Of a stretch of DNA of 64,000 nucleotides, positions 27,471-35,905 are shown piece by piece (positions within the stretch are counted from its first letter, which is position 1; the number at the start of each line of letters is the position of its first letter). The DNA comes from a virus: IMG/VR virus record IMGVR_UViG_3300046507_000506, positions 29,642 to 93,641 of that record; one strand, 5' to 3'. The notes beneath the pieces are model-generated. The model did no database searches. It had not been told where the DNA came from and saw only the letters and a list, made by a program, of their open reading frames with translations. A program made the position numbers and the translations under genes.

Positions 27471-28005
27471 ACTCTCCGAGAAGGAACAGCGGCAGGCGGC
27501 AGCCCGCGAGGCCGCCCGCGAAAAGCGGATTCGTGAGTTTGCTGCCGGGGCTGATGCCCGCCCGGCATCGGCCGCGCCGGGTATCACGCCCGCACCGGCC
27601 GCCCCGCCCATTGCCGAGCCCACGACCCCGACTGACCTGCAAACGGCCGTTGAGAGCCCCGCAGAGGCCGCCGCCGCGCCCGATGAGGTGCAGACCGCCA
27701 CCAATGCGCCGCAGGCGGCTGAGGAGGCCGCCAGCGAGCCCGTCGCGACCGCGACCGATTCCGAGGCACCGGCCGCCGCAACGAAGCCCGCCAGCAAGGT
27801 TAGAAAGGGCAAGGACGCCGGATTGCCGTGGGAGCACGCCCACCCAAGGGTAGAGGTGAACTTTTCGACCAAGCTCTCTGAAGAACAGCACATGAAGCTG
27901 ACCTGGCTTGTCCAGAACATGACCGGCCGCCAGTCAATCCAGAAGCTCGTACACGAGGGCATCGACATGATGCTCGACAAGCGCATCAAGGAGGTTCTCA
28001 AATGA
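27463..28005 (+). CDS. Partition adaptor 1 (A/P-rich linker, C-terminal RHH-like domain)
   Basis: Overlaps parA; PWEHAHPRVEVNF..KL.E..H.KL.WL...SIQK...EGI. Confidence 0.7.
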   Translation: MAELSEKEQRQAAAREAAREKRIREFAAGADARPASAAPGITPAPAAPPIAEPTTPTDLQTAVESPAEAAAAPDEVQTATNAPQAAEEAASEPVATATDSEAPAAATKPASKVRKGKDAGLPWEHAHPRVEVNFSTKLSEEQHMKLTWLVQNMTGRQSIQKLVHEGIDMMLDKRIKEVLK

Positions 28006-28343
28006 AATACGCGCTCAAGCCCGGTTTCGCATTTCAGCCCGGTGACCTCGTGCCGGTGGAGGAGGGCACGGCGCGCCCGGCCGCGCTCACGATGGTTGCG
28101 CAGAAGGGCGAGCCTGAGCAGGGCAAGCTCGACCTGAAGGCCAAGCCGCGCAGGCCGTGGGAGGATGCTCACCCGAAAGTCACCGTGCCGTTTAATCTGC
28201 GGCCCAAGCAGGAGCTTCACGCCAAGCTCAAATGGCTCGCAGAACGGATGCCTGCCACGTCCATGCAGAAGATCGCCATGCAGGGCATCGAGGCCGAAGT
28301 AGACCGCCTGCTTAAAATCTACGACAAGCCCGACCGCGACTAA
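28002..28343 (+). CDS. Partition adaptor 2, paralogue of adaptor 1
   Basis: PWEDAHPKVTVPFNLR..QELHAKLKWL...SMQK...QGI. Confidence 0.7.
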   Translation: MKYALKPGFAFQPGDLVPVEEGTARPAALTMVAQKGEPEQGKLDLKAKPRRPWEDAHPKVTVPFNLRPKQELHAKLKWLAERMPATSMQKIAMQGIEAEVDRLLKIYDKPDRD

Positions 28344-28344
28344 G

Positions 28345-28358
28345 ATAGATACGTCTAT
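28345..28358. promoter_or_regulatory. Operator palindrome ATAGATACGTCTAT
   Basis: Matches the 14-bp consensus. Confidence 0.55.
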
Positions 28359-28363
28359 CGCCG

Positions 28364-28394
28364 AGCCCGACACTCGCAAGAGGTCGGGCTTTTT
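28364..28394 (+). terminator. Terminator of the par operon
   Basis: AGCCCGAC...GTCGGGCTTTTT. Confidence 0.8.
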
Positions 28395-28518
28395 GCTTTT
28401 CAGGGTTGGAAATCTCTCAAAAAAACAACAAGGGGTTGTTGGTGTTTTTTAAAAGACAACACCTTTAAAAACCTTTAGCCAGGCGAGAGCCTTATCTGGC
28501 TTGGCTTTGCCGGGAGAT

Positions 28519-28786
28519 AGGTAACCTTTCCGGGTTACTCAGGTAACCATTCCGGGTGAGGTTTTTGACGCTCAGGTAACCGTTTAGGGTTTGAAGTTAC
28601 CGTATCGGGTAGACCCATCAAAACCCTCGAAAAACACGCCTAAGTAACTGATTTTAAACGATATATATGCGTCTATATCCTCATTCAGGTAACTATATCG
28701 GGTTGCTCAGGTAACGAAATCGGGTTCCCGGCCTCGCGGACCTCGCTTGAGGTAACCAAATCGGGTTTCAGGTAACCAAACCGGGT
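28519..28786 (+). repeat. Eight 17-bp iterons AGGTAACNNNNCGGGT-type; plasmid origin
   Basis: Starts at 28519, 28541, 28574, 28594, 28687, 28709, 28750, 28770; two groups of four around an AT-rich spacer containing ATATATGCGTCTAT (28663-28676). Confidence 0.9.
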
Positions 28787-28881
28787 TTCCTTTGTGCGGC
28801 TCACCCTCTAAAGTAACCTTGCAAGTGTTGCGCATGGTTACTTTGCGGCGTACGATACCGCCGAATGAAGGAGGGCATCCA

Positions 28882-30114
28882 ATGCCGAGAGCAAAACCCA
28901 AGACACTGGAAGCGCCGCCGAGCATCGGCGGCCGTAGCGAAGTCAAGAAACACAATAACGCAATTCACGTCAGCGGCGAGCTTTCGCTCGTTGGCCGCAA
29001 GCTCGTGAATGTGCTGCTGCTCAATGCATACGACAATCTCGCGCGGCAGCGCGATCACACCATTCCGGTGCCGCTGCTGTGCGACCTGATCGGTTGGGAG
29101 AGTAGCGGCAACATCGACAGCCTCAAAGACGCGCTGCGTCAGTTGGCATCGACGCCAATAGAGTTCGACCTGTTCAACCGCGACGGCAAGCCCACATGGG
29201 ACGTTACCGCGATGGTTGCGCACGCACGCATTGAGGGCGGCGTGTGCCGGTACGAGTACAGCAAATTCCTGTCTGAAAAACTCTCGGACCCGGAAATGTA
29301 TTCGATCATCAATATCGGCGTGCAGCGCGAGTTCAAGGGCGCGTACTCCCTTACCCTATATGAGAACTGTCTGCGCTTTCGCGGCACAGAAAGCGGCTCG
29401 ACGGGATGGTGGCCTATCGCGACGTGGCGCAAGGTGCTCGGCGCAAATGCCGCGCTATACGACGAGTTCAAGTTCTTTTCGAGCAAGGTCATCAAGCCCG
29501 CCGTTGACGAAATCAACAAGGTTTCCGACCTGATCGTTGAGCCCGAATACCAGCGTAAGGGCCGCTTCGTCACAGATATCCGGTTTCTCGTGAAAGACAA
29601 TCCGCAGCGTTCACTGCTCGACATGACGACAGACGCGAGCGGCGCAAAGGATTCGGACGCCTACAAACTGCTCGTTGAACTGGGCGTCGGCGCGACGCTC
29701 GCGCTCTCGATGGTGACGAAAGACGAGGCGCGCGCGGCTGAGATTGCCCGCTACACAAAGGAACGGCTCGATAGCGGTGAAATCACCGGCAGCGCGGGCG
29801 GCTATGCGCGCACGCTGTTCGAGACAAACGCGGTCGTGAAGAAACCGGCGAAACGAAAGGGTGCAGACAAGAAAGCCGATGGAGTGGGGGAGGGCGGGAG
29901 CGAGGCCGACGAGCAAGCCAGCAAGACGCGCGCGGCGGTTGCGGCGTTGACCGCAGAGGAGCGGGCCGCGCTCGCTGCCGAGTTCATCACGAACACCGGA
30001 ACGAGCGCGACATATGATGCAGGCAAAGACAAGGTTGGCACCCTGGTGGAGACTCGCCAGTATCGCGACTTCACGCGGCAGCGGGCGGCCGACGTGATCG
30101 CCGCGCGCCGTTAG
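28882..30114 (+). CDS. Plasmid replication initiator (Rep_3/RepB family)
   Basis: KKHNNAIH...LSLVGRKL.N.LL..AY; YSLTLYE; FKFF..KVIKPAVDEINK.SD; AAGGAGG RBS; follows iterons. Confidence 0.9.
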   Translation: MPRAKPKTLEAPPSIGGRSEVKKHNNAIHVSGELSLVGRKLVNVLLLNAYDNLARQRDHTIPVPLLCDLIGWESSGNIDSLKDALRQLASTPIEFDLFNRDGKPTWDVTAMVAHARIEGGVCRYEYSKFLSEKLSDPEMYSIINIGVQREFKGAYSLTLYENCLRFRGTESGSTGWWPIATWRKVLGANAALYDEFKFFSSKVIKPAVDEINKVSDLIVEPEYQRKGRFVTDIRFLVKDNPQRSLLDMTTDASGAKDSDAYKLLVELGVGATLALSMVTKDEARAAEIARYTKERLDSGEITGSAGGYARTLFETNAVVKKPAKRKGADKKADGVGEGGSEADEQASKTRAAVAALTAEERAALAAEFITNTGTSATYDAGKDKVGTLVETRQYRDFTRQRAADVIAARR

Positions 30115-30590
30115 TGGTGCGCGTAGGTAATCGACGCCATCAACGCGGCGCATGCTGCGCTGCCGTCCGGCAGCGATACCGGCTGAGCGGCCGCCTTGTC
30201 GGCTGATGAACTTTCATCGGTTGCCGCCGTGCCCCAGTGCGACCATCCAAAGGCGCGCACACCCGCCCACATGAGTTGACGTCTCCACCACGGCACCGCT
30301 GTAGCAGCCGATGCCTCGCGCAATACCGCGTCCGCGACGTCTCGCGTGACGATATGCGTTGAATAGAGGTAGTCATGCACCGTCGCCGCCGCGCTCGACG
30401 TGTCGCCTGCCAGTTCATAGATGACGGGCAGGCGCGGGACGCTCGCGAAATTGGTCACGAAGCCTTCAGGCACGGTGATCGTGAACCCGGCGACGTCGGA
30501 CTGATAGACGAGGTCGGCGAGCAATAGCCAGTTACCGTCATCTTTATCCGTCGCAGGTTGTACCTTCAGAGCGGTTTTAAACTCGCTCAT
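30111..30590 (-). CDS. DUF1353-family protein
   Basis: ITVPEGFVTNFASVPR...AATVHDYLY...ADAVL.EA...VP.WRR..MW.GVR.FG. Confidence 0.85.
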   Translation of the reverse strand: MSEFKTALKVQPATDKDDGNWLLLADLVYQSDVAGFTITVPEGFVTNFASVPRLPVIYELAGDTSSAAATVHDYLYSTHIVTRDVADAVLREASAATAVPWWRRQLMWAGVRAFGWSHWGTAATDESSSADKAAAQPVSLPDGSAACAALMASITYAHH

Positions 30591-31120
30591 TGCGTGTTCA
30601 CTACCGCGAGCAGCAGCGCAGCCTGCATGCCGGTAATCGCGAGATTCGCAGCGGTCTTTTGAGGCTCAGTCAGGCTCGATGTTTTCACGAGCGTAAGCAG
30701 GCCCGGTAGCTGCGAATCGGCGAACGCTTTCACGGTTGCGAGGTCGAGTGTTGGCAAGGGCGCACCACTCACCGGGTGCGCAATCGCGGCGGCGACGGTG
30801 CAGACCTTACCCGCCCGGTCCTGCGCGTCTTTCAGGAACGCGATGGCGGCCGGGTCCGTCTCGATAACGATCATCGACGCGAGGAACGGCTGTCCGACAG
30901 TGCAGTTTTTATCGACCGTCACCGCGAGCGCCGCGAGCTTTTGCGCCGCTGCCTGAGCGGGCGTTTGCGTGCTGGCCGGTGCGGTGGCGGTTGCCTGCGC
31001 ACCGCTGCCGGTTGCAATGGCCGTGGCAGGGCCGCTCGTGTTCACAGTGGCGCAACCTGCCATCATAGCCACGCCGACCAACGCGCCGGGCATCAAAATA
31101 CGTCTGAACGATTTCTGCAT
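30587..31120 (-). CDS. Lipoprotein in lysis cassette (possible spanin-like role)
   Basis: Signal peptide ending in lipobox MAGC; hydrophobic C-terminus. Confidence 0.65.
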   Translation of the reverse strand: MQKSFRRILMPGALVGVAMMAGCATVNTSGPATAIATGSGAQATATAPASTQTPAQAAAQKLAALAVTVDKNCTVGQPFLASMIVIETDPAAIAFLKDAQDRAGKVCTVAAAIAHPVSGAPLPTLDLATVKAFADSQLPGLLTLVKTSSLTEPQKTAANLAITGMQAALLLAVVNTQ

Positions 31121-31163
31121 GTGTGTACCTGTAGAGGCAGTTAAAAAAGCGATCGCGCCGGGC

Positions 31164-31736
31164 TCAGTCGTGCCCGTCGCCTTCGAAGTGGTGAATGGTT
31201 GTCGTGCTCGAAAACACGTAACCCTCCAGGCCGTAGCGTTTCGCGACCCAGATAGGGAAGGGCGAATCGTGAATTCCGTCGTTCTTTCCGGTGTGGTGCT
31301 GCTTCGTGAGCAGCATGCCGTTGACCGTCATGTCATCCACGAACAGGTACGGATCGCGCGGCCTGACGATCTGCTTATCGTTTTCGAGCGGGTGCGCGGC
31401 CGGAATGACCGTCACAATCGGGTCTTTGAAAAATCCATCCCAATCGAATGCCTGCGCGTGCGGCCCCCACTGGCCTTTTTTGCAATCGGCTGCAAAACGA
31501 TGCCAGTCGATCATGTTCGCCATCGATCTTTCGATGGGATAGTGATGGGCTTCCAGCGGATGACCGCTTTCTTCGGCGGTTGCCCCCGAAATCCAGCAAC
31601 GCCCACCCTCGCGCTCAATCAGTAGCTTTTTCGAGTGCGTGAAAAGCGCCGTCGTCGTTCGCGCCTCATGCCCCGGAATGTTGACTTCAACCGAGAGCGT
31701 TTCACGCTCGACGTGAACCTGTTCTACCGTGCTCAT
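31164..31736 (-). CDS. HNH-like protein coupled to the endolysin
   Basis: Start MSTVEQVH (ATGA overlap); RCWISG...LEAHH...N..LL.KQHH...GIH. Confidence 0.65.
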   Translation of the reverse strand: MSTVEQVHVERETLSVEVNIPGHEARTTTALFTHSKKLLIEREGGRCWISGATAEESGHPLEAHHYPIERSMANMIDWHRFAADCKKGQWGPHAQAFDWDGFFKDPIVTVIPAAHPLENDKQIVRPRDPYLFVDDMTVNGMLLTKQHHTGKNDGIHDSPFPIWVAKRYGLEGYVFSSTTTIHHFEGDGHD

Positions 31737-32365
31737 GCAATCACTTCCTTCGTCAGTTGCCACAGGCCGATGCGCGCTGCACCGCCGATATCGCCGCCGT
31801 TGACGACGGCCGTCGTACCCTTGAAATTGCCGGTGTCGGCAATCTCGTTCAGGCCATGCGACTTCCAGAACCACGCACCGGCACGCGCTGCGTGCAGGGG
31901 CTGTTCGAGCAGTTCGGGATGCGCGATAACGTCGATCTTCAGGGCCGTTTTTGCGGCGAGGTAGTTCGCTTTTCCAGTCAGGTGCAACAGGCACCGGCCG
32001 CGATACGCAAAGCCGTCGCCGCTCGCCTCGTCGCCGTTGCCTAGCCGGTTTGCGTAGACGTTGTTCCCGATGGCCTGCGGATTGCGTGCGAGGCGCAGCG
32101 CGAGCGCATTGGGCGGGCCGCCCCGTTTTCCGCTCGCGCTGTAGCGGTCCCATGTGTTCGCCAGCCCTTGCGCGGAGTAATTCAGGTTTTCCGACAGCCG
32201 CGACAGGCTTGCCGTCTCGTGCAGGCTTTGTGCGAGGAACATTTCAATGCGCTGTTCCGTCGTGATGCCAAACTCCAGCATCGCGGCATTGATCGCATCG
32301 ACCCATACGGGGCTTGCGGCCGGACCCGGCGCAAGCCGCTGCAATTGCGCAAGCGTGATCTGCAT
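31733..32365 (-). CDS. Endolysin, glycoside hydrolase family 19
   Basis: FLAQ.LHET..L..L.ENLNYS...VYANRLGNG....GDG..YRGR...LTG..NY...W.W....LN...NGG..G. Confidence 0.92.
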   Translation of the reverse strand: MQITLAQLQRLAPGPAASPVWVDAINAAMLEFGITTEQRIEMFLAQSLHETASLSRLSENLNYSAQGLANTWDRYSASGKRGGPPNALALRLARNPQAIGNNVYANRLGNGDEASGDGFAYRGRCLLHLTGKANYLAAKTALKIDVIAHPELLEQPLHAARAGAWFWKSHGLNEIADTGNFKGTTAVVNGGDIGGAARIGLWQLTKEVIA

Positions 32366-32790
32366 TACGCGCCCTCGCCCGGCGTAGTGCCGCTCATACG
32401 GCTCACCCATGCCACGAAGCCGCTGACGGCCGGTTCAAGGATTCGCGAGCCGCTATAGCCGCCAAGCGTGATGAGCCCGGCCTGCACGACGGATTGCCAG
32501 TTGAAATACGAGCCGAGAAAGAAAATGCAGAGCCCCACCACAATCGAGGTCAACAGGTCTTTCACGATTTCGAGCGCCACGCTTCTGACGACAGTTGCCG
32601 GGTCCGCGATCTTTTGCGCCGTGTACGCCGAGCCGCCGATGATCGCGAGCAGCACTGAGATGCCGATTGCAGCGGGCGGAATGTCGCGCAGGTCATGCGC
32701 GAACGTCACCTGAGCGGCGAGGGCAGCGGCCGACCAAAAGAGCAGCAGGAGCGCGTAAAAGAGTTGTTTCAGTTGCAGGCTTTGAAGCAT
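32365..32790 (-). CDS. Putative holin
   Basis: Multiple TM helices, directly upstream of the endolysin. Confidence 0.65.
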   Translation of the reverse strand: MLQSLQLKQLFYALLLLFWSAAALAAQVTFAHDLRDIPPAAIGISVLLAIIGGSAYTAQKIADPATVVRSVALEIVKDLLTSIVVGLCIFFLGSYFNWQSVVQAGLITLGGYSGSRILEPAVSGFVAWVSRMSGTTPGEGA

Positions 32791-33200
32791 GTCGCGTCCT
32801 TGGAGCGTTGGTGTGCGTCAATCAGAGAAAAGGTCACGACGAGCAGCGCATGCCAAAGACACGCTATCGCGAGGCCCAACGATGCGAGCTTGAGCACTGC
32901 GATAAACAACACGGCGACGTAACAGAAGGCGAGGAAGGCAAAGCCGAAGTGCCGGTGCGCTCGAACCCACGCGAATTGCACCGGCACGAGAGGTGTATCG
33001 TTGATGAGGACATCGAGCGCGCCCGCGATGCCACAGATGAGCATGAGCCAGAGCAGGGTGTAGCCCTCATCGCTAATGGCGATTTGGGCGTACAGGGATC
33101 GCGGCTCATTCATGCCGATGTACCACGTCAGAATGGCGACTCCACAGACGTACAGCCGGAACAGGGCACTTGCTACACACACTTGCGGGCGCGATTTCAT
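32769..33200 (-). CDS. Putative holin/antiholin membrane protein
   Basis: About 4 TM helices in the lysis cassette. Confidence 0.6.
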   Translation of the reverse strand: MKSRPQVCVASALFRLYVCGVAILTWYIGMNEPRSLYAQIAISDEGYTLLWLMLICGIAGALDVLINDTPLVPVQFAWVRAHRHFGFAFLAFCYVAVLFIAVLKLASLGLAIACLWHALLVVTFSLIDAHQRSKDATCFKACN

Positions 33201-33230
33201 CGTGCGTCGCCTTAATCTAGGGTCACGGGT

Positions 33231-33473
33231 TCAGCGCATACGTCTCGCTGCCATCACCTTGCCAAGGCCGCCGATAGCGCGAACGATGTTATCGAGCCGT
33301 TCGCATATCGCCAGGAACCGGGAGCCTTGCGCCTCACGCGCCTTCTTCCAGTCCTCAAACGCTTTGCTCTCAAACAGCGCCTTGCAGTCCGAGCGTTGCA
33401 TGGCCATTGCCTTGTCCAAGGGTTGATCGAAGTTTAAGAACAGTGAGGCGACCTGCTCATTCAGATTTTCCAG
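33231..33473 (-). CDS. Small baseplate/tail assembly protein; start uncertain (possible frameshift extension of the upstream gene)
   Basis: LENLNEQVASLFLNFDQP...FESKAFEDWKK is protein-like; no ATG/GTG near the upstream stop. Confidence 0.5.
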   Translation of the reverse strand: MENLNEQVASLFLNFDQPLDKAMAMQRSDCKALFESKAFEDWKKAREAQGSRFLAICERLDNIVRAIGGLGKVMAARRMR

Positions 33474-34236
33474 TGACGCCAAGCGCAAGCTCACCGACGA
33501 CGGAACGCACGAGAAATCGCGCCGCAGGCGTGACCGCCTGCGCTCCGTGCGGTAGCAGTTTAGGCAGCACAATGACGCCCTCGCGGTCGAACCAGATTCT
33601 GAAAAACTGCGTGTCGCGGTCGAGCGCAATGCGATACTGCGCATACATGCGGTCGAACGTGGACGCAGGCAGGCCCGCCATCACGGCGATGCGCTTCGCC
33701 AGCCATTTCACATAGCCGGTTGCGTCCACGACGGCATCAGGCACGCCCTGCTCGTGATCGGATGCGCGCAGCAGTTGGGCGGCCATTGCAGCCGTCATCC
33801 AGTGCGCGACGCCTGTGAGTGTTGTCGAGCCTTGCAGCGATTCAATCGCTTCGGCCATTGCGCCGGTGAGCGGGTGAAGCGTCCAAGTATCGCCTGCCTC
33901 CTCGAACGTAGAGGGCTCAGGCAGGTCGCGCGCAACGTCCAGATAGTCTGACAGCGTGGACGTGTCGGTGACCGCGTAGTCCGGCCGATCCTCGCGCGTA
34001 TGCACGCAATAGTGCGCGAGGGCAAAGAGGCGTTCGCCGACGGTCCACGCGCGCGTATCGGACACATGGCGCGGCGAAGGCACGCCCGCGTATTCGACGG
34101 CGCGGCGCAAAAACTCGCTCATCGTCGCCTCGTGCGCGGTTTCATGCGTCTGACAGAGCGCGATTTCGTCGCCAAACGAGAGTTCGCGAAGGCGTACATC
34201 AAGGCGCGCGGTGCGCAGGGGTTCGAATCGGATCAT
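33457..34236 (-). CDS. Baseplate/tail assembly protein (P1 gp24-like)
   Basis: D.RAWTV.ER..AL..Y and W.L.PL.G.MAE..E resemble P1 gp24 as recalled. Confidence 0.65.
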   Translation of the reverse strand: MIRFEPLRTARLDVRLRELSFGDEIALCQTHETAHEATMSEFLRRAVEYAGVPSPRHVSDTRAWTVGERLFALAHYCVHTREDRPDYAVTDTSTLSDYLDVARDLPEPSTFEEAGDTWTLHPLTGAMAEAIESLQGSTTLTGVAHWMTAAMAAQLLRASDHEQGVPDAVVDATGYVKWLAKRIAVMAGLPASTFDRMYAQYRIALDRDTQFFRIWFDREGVIVLPKLLPHGAQAVTPAARFLVRSVVGELALGVTGKSE

Positions 34237-35078
34237 TTGATGTTGAAATAGCCCGCAACGTCTCGGCGGTCGATTGCCGTGAGCGTCGCAACGGTGAGTT
34301 GAACGGCCACATTGAGCACTTCACCCTGGCTTGTGCGCGGCACGGTGAAGGGCTTCGAAATGCTCTCGATGACGATAGGCAGGATGGTCTGATCGCCGTA
34401 TTTCATCGCGAGCAGTTGCGGCGCGACGGATGGGTAAATCGTTTCGAGCGGGCTTTGCTTCAGCCCGTTTTGCAGTGCGCCCGAAATGACGCCCTGATCG
34501 GCCAGATACTGCGGCACCGCCCACTGTTCGAGCTGCGTGACCGGCTGGCGGACTTCGGTGTACGGGTCGATGAGCGCACGAAAATGCGCCGTGAAGGAAA
34601 ACTTGACGGGCGGCATACCGGAGAACACCTGCGTCGAGTTCAGCTTGGTGATGCCGGTGCGGCCGGTCGCGCTGCGCAGTAGCTTTCCAACATCGCCCTG
34701 ACTGGCGTCGCCTCCCAGCAGCGCCTGTAAATCCGCCGTCAGCGTGCCCGATTGCAGCATGCTCGACAGGGTCGGCACTTTCGATTCAGCGCCCGCGCCC
34801 TCAAACGGACTCGTCCAGTTCAGCGTCATTTCCTGCGAGCCGTCCGTGAGCGGTGCCCATACCTCATAGCCGTCATCGACGGTGAAGTTATCTGCGGCCG
34901 ACAGGGTGCGCGTGTCAAAGCTCTGCACCCAGTCATTGCCGTTATCGGCGCGCTTGACGGGGTAGAACTTCGCGATCAGGTGCTGATTGAGCCCGTCCCA
35001 TTTCGAAGACAGGATTTTGGCGGTTGGCGTCTGAGCCGATGACGGCGCGGCGGCCGACGAAAAATCGTTGAACGACAC
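34233..35078 (-). CDS. Baseplate/tube-initiator protein
   Basis: W.SPFE...GRTGITKLNSTQVFSG.PP..F....FRA..DP..EV. Confidence 0.7.
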   Translation of the reverse strand: MSFNDFSSAAAPSSAQTPTAKILSSKWDGLNQHLIAKFYPVKRADNGNDWVQSFDTRTLSAADNFTVDDGYEVWAPLTDGSQEMTLNWTSPFEGAGAESKVPTLSSMLQSGTLTADLQALLGGDASQGDVGKLLRSATGRTGITKLNSTQVFSGMPPVKFSFTAHFRALIDPYTEVRQPVTQLEQWAVPQYLADQGVISGALQNGLKQSPLETIYPSVAPQLLAMKYGDQTILPIVIESISKPFTVPRTSQGEVLNVAVQLTVATLTAIDRRDVAGYFNIK

Positions 35079-35106
35079 AGGGGCAGTCCGGCAGAAAGGG
35101 GAGGGG

Positions 35107-35133
35107 AAACCGCCCCGCACGAGAGCGGGGCGG
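35107..35133 (-). terminator. GC-rich hairpin / terminator
   Basis: CCGCCCCGC...GCGGGGCGG, followed by TTT on the minus strand. Confidence 0.55.
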
Positions 35134-35152
35134 CAAAGCGTTCAGCCTGGCG

Positions 35153-35893
35153 TTACATGCCCGACTGGGTACGCTTGCGCATCGACTTCATGCGCTTGAG
35201 CGTGGCCGATGCCGAGTGCGACTTGCGCAGCATCTTTTTGACGGCAACTTTCTGCTTTGCCGACAGCCGGACGTTGCCCGACACACGCTTGTTGACCTTC
35301 ATTTTCTTGCCGCCGCGCACAACCGTCGTGCGCCGGTACGTCGCGTCATAGAAAATCTCGCCAGCAGTGCTGTCGAAAATCGCCGTCTGCGAATCGTCAT
35401 CGAAAGCAAAGCCGTCGATATCCTCAGCCGCCGCGTCATCGTCGCTCGGTAGCGAATCAGCGAGGAGGTCTTTCACGCGCAGTGCAACGTCGTTGTCGCC
35501 ACCGTTGAGCAGCGCGTCGCAGTCTTCCTCCGAGACGCCCTTGGCGTTCAGGTAGTCCCACACGTAATCGAGCAGGACCGCCGCGACCTGTGCCTCATCG
35601 TCGGAAATCTCACCGTCCTTATCGACGTCAATCACGCCGATCACGAGCATCAGCAGGCGGTCTGCCATGCTCTCGCCCTCGCCGAGGTCAGACGGGTCCG
35701 TGTTGGCCCATTCCTGCACGATGGCGGCGGCCTTCACGCGCAGGTCCGTCGAGGCGTAGTCGGCCGAATCGCCGCCAACGTCGTCGTCGGTCGTGTTATC
35801 GAGCAGGGTCTTTCCCTTGCCCTTGCCCTGGGCGGGCACTGCGGGGCTCATCAGGCCGCGCAGCAGGTCCGATGCCGGGTGCATGCTTTTCAT
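35153..35893 (-). CDS. Prohead core/internal protein (acidic body, very basic C-terminus)
   Basis: VVRGGK....KR...RLSAKQK.A.KK..RK...A..KRMKSMR.R, as in P1/T4-type core proteins. Confidence 0.65.
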   Translation of the reverse strand: MKSMHPASDLLRGLMSPAVPAQGKGKGKTLLDNTTDDDVGGDSADYASTDLRVKAAAIVQEWANTDPSDLGEGESMADRLLMLVIGVIDVDKDGEISDDEAQVAAVLLDYVWDYLNAKGVSEEDCDALLNGGDNDVALRVKDLLADSLPSDDDAAAEDIDGFAFDDDSQTAIFDSTAGEIFYDATYRRTTVVRGGKKMKVNKRVSGNVRLSAKQKVAVKKMLRKSHSASATLKRMKSMRKRTQSGM

Positions 35894-35905
35894 GTTTCAG
35901 ATTCC

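Noticed and set aside
28519-28786. CRISPR array
   Set aside because: 17-bp repeats with mostly 3-24-bp gaps directly upstream of a Rep gene are iterons; no cas genes
31164-32153. 329-aa ORF as listed in the track
   Set aside because: Its first 139 codons overlap the endolysin out of frame; the real start is most likely 31736
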